Position numbers and translations under genes: made by a program | Part shown: piece by piece, positions 58,130 through 64,000 of the stretch | Numbering within the stretch: the first letter of the stretch is position 1 | Layout: the number at the start of each line of letters is the position of its first letter | The notes under the pieces: generated by a model | Databases searched by the model: none | Told to the model about the DNA's origin: nothing | What the model saw: only the letters and a program-made list of their open reading frames with translations | Source of the DNA: an uncultured bacterium | GTDB lineage: Bacteria > Muiribacteriota > UBA9980 | Length of the DNA: 64,000 bases | Assembly (NCBI GenBank): GCA_964545075.1 | Contig: CAZJFS010000003.1 | Coordinates: 18,661-82,660, forward strand | Direction of reading: 5' to 3'

Positions 58130-58314
58130 ATGTCCTCCGCTAAAAATTATTTATATGACGGCGCGAAGTATATCATAATTTTTTTAATAGTTCAAACCCA
58201 TTGTCCGCGATTGCAAACCGCCTTTTTTTGTGTTATAATTTTCCGGAAACGCGTGCGGAAAATCAGACGCTACGGACTGTTTTTTTATTAAATATCGATG
58301 CCGGGGGAGACCCA

Positions 58315-58974
58315 ATGAAAAAAATATTATGGCTGACGTTTTCCGTGATCGTTCTTTTCGTATCTTTCGCCATATTCAGACTCATGGATTTTTTCAGCGT
58401 TTCCCAAGGCGAACGCGTCGACGTTTCAACGGATATCAACGGCGCTCTCCTTGTAATGGATATTCAAAAGGATTTCACGCGACCTTCAGAGGGCGGTCCC
58501 GCCAAGATTAAAAACGCGACCGAACTGATCGAACGTTTGAACGTAATAACGCGGAAGGCTAAAACCGCTGGGTTAAAAGTAGTTTATATAAAAACTGAAT
58601 ACGAGCGGAACGATCATATTCTCAACATGATAAGAAAGAACGTCGCGATAACAGGAACTTCCGGAACCGATTTTGATCCCCGCCTCAATCTGGTTTCAAA
58701 TGAGGTGTTTTCAAAAAAACGCATGGACGCCCTGTCAAATCCGGCGCTTGAAAGATTTTTCCGGGCCAATAATATAGGACGCGTTTATATCGCCGGGTTA
58801 GACGCCGGATACTGCGTGAAAAAAACCGCTCTGGCGGCCCTTAACAGGGGGATGAAAGTTGTCCTTGTGGTTGACGCTCTCGCGACCGGGACCGGCGCTG
58901 AAGTTTCGGCATGCATAGATGAAGCGGTCAAATCTGGCGCGGAAACGATTACTTCGGAAGGCTTTCCGAGATAG
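58315..58974 (+). CDS. Isochorismatase-family (cysteine hydrolase) protein with an N-terminal TM/signal anchor
   Basis: The motif LLVMDIQKDF contains the catalytic Asp. The segment VYIAGLDAGYCVKKTAL contains the catalytic Cys. The RBS is GGGGGAGA. The start was set at MKKILW. Confidence 0.7.
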   Translation: MKKILWLTFSVIVLFVSFAIFRLMDFFSVSQGERVDVSTDINGALLVMDIQKDFTRPSEGGPAKIKNATELIERLNVITRKAKTAGLKVVYIKTEYERNDHILNMIRKNVAITGTSGTDFDPRLNLVSNEVFSKKRMDALSNPALERFFRANNIGRVYIAGLDAGYCVKKTALAALNRGMKVVLVVDALATGTGAEVSACIDEAVKSGAETITSEGFPR

Positions 58975-59105
58975 AGGCCGTGGTTTGTTTTTCATATGAG
59001 CGCACTTATGATTATAACCGGGAAATGATGATATTTTAAAAGTTGACCGCCGTATAATTATAAATTATGTTTGTTCGGCAGATCTTCATTTGAATATGGC
59101 TGATT

Positions 59106-60077
59106 TCAGCTGACGGTTATGGTCTCGTGACAGATTTCGTTTCCGCCGCGTTTCGTTCCTGTTCCGCCGGCCCGGACGCATTGAAACGTGCCGTTGCTTA
59201 CGCCGGCGTCCGAAATGCCTATGGCGCTAAGATAATAGCCATAAGCCGCCGCGGTGTCTATGTTTATCGATATGAGATCGTCCATGGATGCGCCACACCA
59301 GGAAATTTTAGAGTTTTTTTCGAAGTTGAAAACGGGTTCGATGTTTTGAAATTTGAAAAAAGGGACGGCGGAATTGATGTCGTAATAACCGTCCTGACCG
59401 TTTCCTTCCCGGTCGAGCACGATGGTGGGCGTGTGGCCGTGAATGAGTATATAATCGCCGAATTTTTCGAAATGCCTGTTGCGCGTCCATAAGATCGTTT
59501 CCGAAAGGTCGCACTCACCGTTGAATACAAGGTTGTGAAGCTGTTCATGACTTTTGATTCTCAGCTGACGTTCCACGTCGATGGCGTCCGTGAGCCCCGC
59601 ATGCGTCACGGCGAATTTATATCCGCCGGCGTTTTCGATGTGAGAATATTTAAGGTTTTGAAAAAATTCGATATATTTGTCGCCCGGCTTGAAGGTTTCC
59701 GGCGAAAAAGCCGCCATAGCGGAATTACTGTCGCCAAGATCAGGCATGAAGGACATTACCGTCTGCCAGCCGCCGTTGTTGCCCCTGAACCAGTTGTTGC
59801 CGTATTCCTGAAGTTCGCGGCCGTTATTGATAAAATTGATCATCATGTCTTCGTGGTTGCCGCACAGGAAGATCTTTTCGTGTTTAAGTGAAATAAGATA
59901 ATCGACGACCTCTTTCGCTGAAGGGCCGCGGTCTATGTAGTCTCCTACGAATATAAGTTTTTCGATCCTGTAATCCGCTGAGCCGGTGTCAGGTCTTTTC
60001 TCAAGGGCGGTGAGGTAAGTGATGAGTTTTTTCAACGGATCGAACATGCCGTGGATATCGCCTATTATCCATTTCAT
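59106..60077 (-). CDS. PPP-family metallophosphoesterase (Ser/Thr phosphatase / ApaH-like) with a C-terminal extension
   Basis: The motifs GDIHG, GDYIDRG and GNHE are present, along with a second His motif HGHT. Confidence 0.75.
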   Translation of the reverse strand: MKWIIGDIHGMFDPLKKLITYLTALEKRPDTGSADYRIEKLIFVGDYIDRGPSAKEVVDYLISLKHEKIFLCGNHEDMMINFINNGRELQEYGNNWFRGNNGGWQTVMSFMPDLGDSNSAMAAFSPETFKPGDKYIEFFQNLKYSHIENAGGYKFAVTHAGLTDAIDVERQLRIKSHEQLHNLVFNGECDLSETILWTRNRHFEKFGDYILIHGHTPTIVLDREGNGQDGYYDINSAVPFFKFQNIEPVFNFEKNSKISWCGASMDDLISINIDTAAAYGYYLSAIGISDAGVSNGTFQCVRAGGTGTKRGGNEICHETITVS

Positions 60078-60222
60078 AAAAATGAACCTCTGGATCAAAT
60101 TTGAATTATTATATCACAGGTCGGTATGCAATGCAAACTTAATTAAATTAAAACCACGGAAATTGAAGCGGCCATAGAAACGATTTGACTTTTTTTAAAT
60201 AATATAATAAAATGAAAGAACT

Positions 60223-61077
60223 ATGATACAACCATTGAACGGAAACGTTAAAATCAGCAAAATTACCGATAACAGGCTTATAATGGTCCTGCTTATCGTT
60301 GTTTTTCTTCTTCTGGGTATAATAATCGACGATAAATTCGTAAAGCCCAAAAAGGTCGAATTCATCTACGGGCCTAAAACTCAGGTAATTAAAACATACG
60401 AAAATACAGTCGATTCATTTTTGCGCAGGGAAAGAATATCACTGGCCAAGGGCGACATACTTTTGAATTCGCTTTCCGATCCAATTACCGACGGTATAAA
60501 AATAGTGCTCATTCGCGTCAGCGAAGAGATCGTCAGCGAAGACGAACACGTCGCATTCGGCGAAACTGTTCATGTGTCGAAGGCCGTTGCCGCTAACTCG
60601 ATCATCGAGGTTTGCGCGGGCAGGCCCGGCCTGAAAAAGAACTATTTCAAGATAATCCAGCAGAACAACAGTCAGAAGTCCCGCGAATATCTCGGGAGCG
60701 TTTTGATTGAGCGCCCTTCCGACCGGATACTTCTTGCGGGAAGCGAAGCGCGCGCGTCGGCCGCCGATATTTCGGATGCTTCCGCTGCTAATCGCGATCT
60801 GCGCCTTGACGTTTCGGTCGTATCGACTGAAAACAAAAAACTTTCCACCGAGATCAAAGACGCTTCGGCGTCAGGCGGGGTCGCCGGAGTGGCGATAACC
60901 AGGAAGAGCGTGTTGAAAGCTAATACCGTTATAAGCGTTGAAGGTTATGGAACGTTCGTCGTATTAAACGACGAAGGCGCATCGGGAGGAAGCGGCGATA
61001 TTAAGCTTATAATTCCTTCCGGGTTTGAAAAATTTGTTCCTGGTGATAAAAAGGGCGTTAAGGTCAATCTGATCTAA
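60223..61077 (+). CDS. Hypothetical membrane-anchored protein
   Basis: It has an N-terminal TM helix and a beta-rich middle region. No family is recognised, although a DUF348/G5-like fold is possible. Confidence 0.35.
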   Translation: MIQPLNGNVKISKITDNRLIMVLLIVVFLLLGIIIDDKFVKPKKVEFIYGPKTQVIKTYENTVDSFLRRERISLAKGDILLNSLSDPITDGIKIVLIRVSEEIVSEDEHVAFGETVHVSKAVAANSIIEVCAGRPGLKKNYFKIIQQNNSQKSREYLGSVLIERPSDRILLAGSEARASAADISDASAANRDLRLDVSVVSTENKKLSTEIKDASASGGVAGVAITRKSVLKANTVISVEGYGTFVVLNDEGASGGSGDIKLIIPSGFEKFVPGDKKGVKVNLI

Positions 61078-61124
61078 GTAATTAATGGTTTTATCATAAA
61101 ACTCCAACTGAGGTGGTACTTAAA

Positions 61125-61775
61125 ATGCCGGTAAAAAAAACCAAGACAGCAACAAAACTCAAAGATAAAAAGTTGAAACCGGCCGTGTCCCCGAAAACGG
61201 CTAAATTATCTTCAGCTAAACAGCAAATCCATGAAACCGTATTTTCCGATAAAAAACTCTCCAGAAACCCCGGTGAATTATTTAATCTCGTGAAGTATCT
61301 CGAATCTGAAAAAGTCGAAGAATTCGAATATACGGAAGGGGATTTCTCTATAACGTTGAAACATAACAAACCGGGTTCGGGCGGTTCAGCTCTTAATTTA
61401 GCCGATAATCGCGATTTTATGGAAACGCTTTTGAAATTACAACATCAGGCGCCTGAAAAGATCGATAGCCCCGCTTTGTCGACGTTTGACGTAAAGCAGG
61501 AAGCGGCCAGAAAAGAAGCCGAAGACGAGTCAAAGTATAAATTCATAGAATCACCCATAACCGGAACTTTTTACGCTGCGTCTTCGCCGACGGCTCAACC
61601 GTATGTGTCATTGAATCAGAAGGTATCAAAGGGGCAGGTGGTTTGCATCGTCGAAGCGATGAAGCTTATGAATGAAATAAAATCCGAGCACACCGGTATT
61701 ATTCATAAGATCTGCTTTGAAAACGCCAAACCCGTACAGGCTAAGCAGCGTCTTTTTTATGTCATACCCGAGTAG
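61125..61775 (+). CDS. Biotin carboxyl carrier protein (BCCP)-like biotinyl-domain protein with a Lys-rich N-terminal extension
   Basis: The C-terminal biotinyl domain reads GQVVCIVEAMKLMNEIKSEHTG, where EAMKL matches the EAMKM attachment motif. The RBS is GAGGTGG. Confidence 0.7.
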   Translation: MPVKKTKTATKLKDKKLKPAVSPKTAKLSSAKQQIHETVFSDKKLSRNPGELFNLVKYLESEKVEEFEYTEGDFSITLKHNKPGSGGSALNLADNRDFMETLLKLQHQAPEKIDSPALSTFDVKQEAARKEAEDESKYKFIESPITGTFYAASSPTAQPYVSLNQKVSKGQVVCIVEAMKLMNEIKSEHTGIIHKICFENAKPVQAKQRLFYVIPE

Positions 61776-61893
61776 GCCGCGCTTTTAATTTGATACAACC
61801 GGTTCATATTGCTTGATCTTCCGTAAGTGTTAACCGGCCAGGATCTTTTTAATGATTGAGAACCATATATAAATAATGTTACTTTATAAAAAT

Positions 61894-61921
61894 AAATGCC
61901 GATAGTCCGGCATTTATTTTT
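61894..61921 (+). terminator. Hairpin (8-bp perfect stem AAATGCCG/CGGCATTT) followed by a T-run, 30 bp upstream of lpdA
   Basis: It was read from the sequence. It could terminate the BCCP-like gene or regulate lpdA. Confidence 0.45.
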
Positions 61922-61950
61922 AATAATCAACGGTAAGGAGTACTTTGACG

Positions 61951-63369
61951 ATGAGCAATTTTGATTTCGATCTCGTAGTTTTAGGCGGAGGCCCGGGTGG
62001 GTACGTAGCGGCGATTGCCGCCAGCCATAAAGGCCTGAAAGTCGCGCTCGTAGAAGCCGATCTTATCGGCGGAACATGTCTCAACCGCGGTTGCATTCCG
62101 ACGAAGGCGCTTTTAGCTTCCGCGCACGCTTACCATGATATGAAGCGGGCCCATGAATTCGGTCTTGAATGTGAAAAGGTCTCGTTTTCCTTCGAAAAAA
62201 TAATGAAGCGCAAAGACGACATAGTCGCAAAATTGCGCGACGGTATAAACCAGCTTATAAAATCAAATAAAATTACTCTCGTGAACGGGTTCGGCAAAAT
62301 AAATGACGAACATTCGCTCACGATAAATAACGAAAAAAAAATAACCTTTAATAAACTTATCATAGCTACCGGATCAAAACCCGTCAATCTTCCCTTTATG
62401 CCGGAAGGCTCGCCATATATCGTAAATTCCGATCAGGCGCTGAAACTCGTGAAACTTCCTAAAAAACTCCTGGTGATCGGCGGCGGCGTCATAGGAATGG
62501 AAATGGCGAATTTCTTCGCGTTCCTCGGCGTTTCAGTCAGTATAGTCGAATTGCTGCCGCAGGTGCTTCCTTATGAAGATTTGTCCGTCGCAAAGCGTGT
62601 GGCCGCTATATTCAAAAAATATAATGTGTCTATAAAAACCGGGAAAAAGGTTTCCGAGGTCCGTGAAGATAAAAACGCGGCCGGCGTGTGCGTTAAGCTT
62701 GAAGGCGACAGCGAACCCGCCTCTTATGACCTGGTCCTTCAGGCGGTGGGAAGAAGCCGCGTTATAGGCGATATTAATCTGGCCGGCGCCGGGATCAAGA
62801 CCGATGGCAGAAAAATATTGACGGACGATTTCATGCGCACGAATATTTCCAACATATATGCTATCGGCGATTGCGCATCCGACACGATGTTGGCTCATAT
62901 GGCCTCGCATCAGGGGATCATAGCAGCCCATAACGCGGCATGCAATGAAGAATCGGCAATGCAAAAACTCAGATCGGACGTTCCGTCCTGCATATACACG
63001 ATCCCGGAGGTAGCGTCCGTCGGGATCAACCAGACGGTTGCGCAGAAGCGAAATATCGAGACGATTTCGGGAAAATTCATGTTCAATATGCTCGGCAGAG
63101 CGGTTTGCAGCCAGGCGAACGAAGGGTATGTCGAGGTTTTTGCCGACGCAAAAACTAAAAAAGTCGTCGGAGCGAATATAATCGGTCCATCGGCCACCGA
63201 ACTGATATCGACGGTTCAAATGGCGATAGCTTCGGAACTTACTTTTGATCAGATACATGAAAGGCTTATGTTCGCGCATCCGACGCTTTCCGAGGCTATC
63301 GGCGAAGCTTTTATGGATCTTGGTAAATCCGCGATTCACGTTCCGCCGGCTCTGATGGCGGCTAGATAG
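61951..63369 (+). CDS. lpdA: Dihydrolipoyl dehydrogenase
   Basis: The FAD motif DLVVLGGGPGGYVAA is present. The redox disulfide motif GGTCLNRGCIPTK is present. The C-terminal dimerisation domain carries HAHPTLSE. Confidence 0.9.
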   Translation: MSNFDFDLVVLGGGPGGYVAAIAASHKGLKVALVEADLIGGTCLNRGCIPTKALLASAHAYHDMKRAHEFGLECEKVSFSFEKIMKRKDDIVAKLRDGINQLIKSNKITLVNGFGKINDEHSLTINNEKKITFNKLIIATGSKPVNLPFMPEGSPYIVNSDQALKLVKLPKKLLVIGGGVIGMEMANFFAFLGVSVSIVELLPQVLPYEDLSVAKRVAAIFKKYNVSIKTGKKVSEVREDKNAAGVCVKLEGDSEPASYDLVLQAVGRSRVIGDINLAGAGIKTDGRKILTDDFMRTNISNIYAIGDCASDTMLAHMASHQGIIAAHNAACNEESAMQKLRSDVPSCIYTIPEVASVGINQTVAQKRNIETISGKFMFNMLGRAVCSQANEGYVEVFADAKTKKVVGANIIGPSATELISTVQMAIASELTFDQIHERLMFAHPTLSEAIGEAFMDLGKSAIHVPPALMAAR

Positions 63370-63378
63370 CGAGGGTAT

Positions 63379-64000
63379 ATGCAGACTCTGTTTTCAAAAT
63401 ACAGAAAAAATTTAAATCACGATGAGCAGGTTCCGGTTTACGGATTATGCGAAGGCATGACGCCTCTCGTGCGTTCGCACCATATCGCCGGCGAGCTCGG
63501 CGCGAATGTTAATCTTTTTTTCAAACTGGAAAGCCGGAACCCATCGTTTTCGTTTAAGGACCGCGGGGTTTCCAACGTCATTTCCCAGGCGAGGCTCGCC
63601 GGAAAGATAGGCGTCATATGTTCGACTTCCGGAAATCTCGGCGTTTCCTGCGCCATGTACGCGGCCAGGTCGCGCATGAAGTCGGTGATATTGATACCGA
63701 AGCTTTTCGTGAATGAAGAAAAAATAAAGCGTATGCAGCTGCATGACGCGGCGATATTTGTTTTAGACGGCGATATATTCGACGGCATTAAGATAGGCGA
63801 AGAGTTTGCCGCGAAATATAATTTTGAACTTGTAAACTATAATAACCAATATTATCAGCAAGGCCTCAAAACGATATCTTTCGAGGTGTGCGACGAGCTC
63901 GGGCGCGTGCCGGACATTTTTTCCTGCGGCATAGGGCACGGAACGCTTATGGGATCGGTGTGGCGAGGCTTCAAGCAATATTACTCTTCATCTATGATCG
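63379..64000 (+). CDS. thrC: Threonine synthase (PLP-dependent), 5' portion; the gene continues beyond the window
   Basis: My own translation gives MQTLFSKYRK…LESRNPSFSFKDRG, which carries the PLP-lysine motif SFKDRG. The gene is not in the ORF track because it is truncated at the window edge. Confidence 0.75.
   Translation, partial: MQTLFSKYRKNLNHDEQVPVYGLCEGMTPLVRSHHIAGELGANVNLFFKLESRNPSFSFKDRGVSNVISQARLAGKIGVICSTSGNLGVSCAMYAARSRMKSVILIPKLFVNEEKIKRMQLHDAAIFVLDGDIFDGIKIGEEFAAKYNFELVNYNNQYYQQGLKTISFEVCDELGRVPDIFSCGIGHGTLMGSVWRGFKQYYSSSMI

Noticed and set aside
1-64000. A search for tRNA/rRNA genes, CRISPR arrays and transposase or integrase genes.
   Set aside because: No intergenic region is long enough or has tRNA-like T-loop (GTTCGAAT) context outside coding sequence. 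There are no regularly spaced direct repeats and no transposase, integrase or recombinase-like ORF. GGTTCGAA occurrences at about 13549 and about 47410 lie inside coding sequence.

Overview
This is a 64 kb chromosomal window from a low-to-moderate GC, AT-rich bacterium with compact gene spacing, probably an uncultivated lineage. It holds about 60 protein-coding genes and no rRNA, tRNA, CRISPR or recognisable mobile elements. Features in order: a 3' gene fragment (1-132); the yebC-ruvC-ruvA-ruvB operon; a SpoIID/LytB-like protein; a type IV pilus pilM-N-O-P-Q operon whose PilN and PilP carry low-complexity Gly/Ser and Ala/Pro linkers; a bidirectional terminator; secreted, TPR and lipoproteins; an archaeal-type glycogen debranching enzyme (amylo-alpha-1,6-glucosidase family); an M48 HEXXH metalloprotease with a triplicated N-terminal repeat; an SNase-like nuclease; a 1032-aa multi-PAS hybrid histidine kinase; a possible GH16-like secreted protein; a lutA-lutB-lutC lactate-utilisation operon; an ankyrin-repeat protein; a CPC-type heavy-metal P-type ATPase; a sugar ABC importer (substrate-binding protein plus two permeases) ending in a ruvX/yqgF-like gene; a SPOR-domain protein; a complete rnfC-D-G-E-A-(small ORF)-B cluster whose cofactor motifs look degenerate (RnfC NADH/FMN loop, RnfD and RnfG FMN-attachment threonines), followed by an AmmeMemoRadiSam-type radical SAM enzyme; a TPR protein; a nitrilase-family C-N hydrolase; a 7TM membrane protein; a GAF protein; two paralogous ~575-aa secreted Amidase_3-like proteins flanking a lipoprotein; and lexA with a Cheo-like palindromic operator. 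The standout feature is immediately divergent from lexA: a tightly packed array of five paralogous ~500-aa radical SAM enzymes with a B12-binding-like N-terminal domain (all with an intact CxxxCxxC motif), translationally coupled to a 402-aa polytopic membrane protein. The array shows a 2+2+1 duplication structure and has no identifiable substrate or precursor gene. After it come a secreted coiled-coil protein, a membrane-anchored isochorismatase-like hydrolase, a PPP-family metallophosphoesterase, a BCCP-like biotinyl protein, lpdA and the start of thrC.
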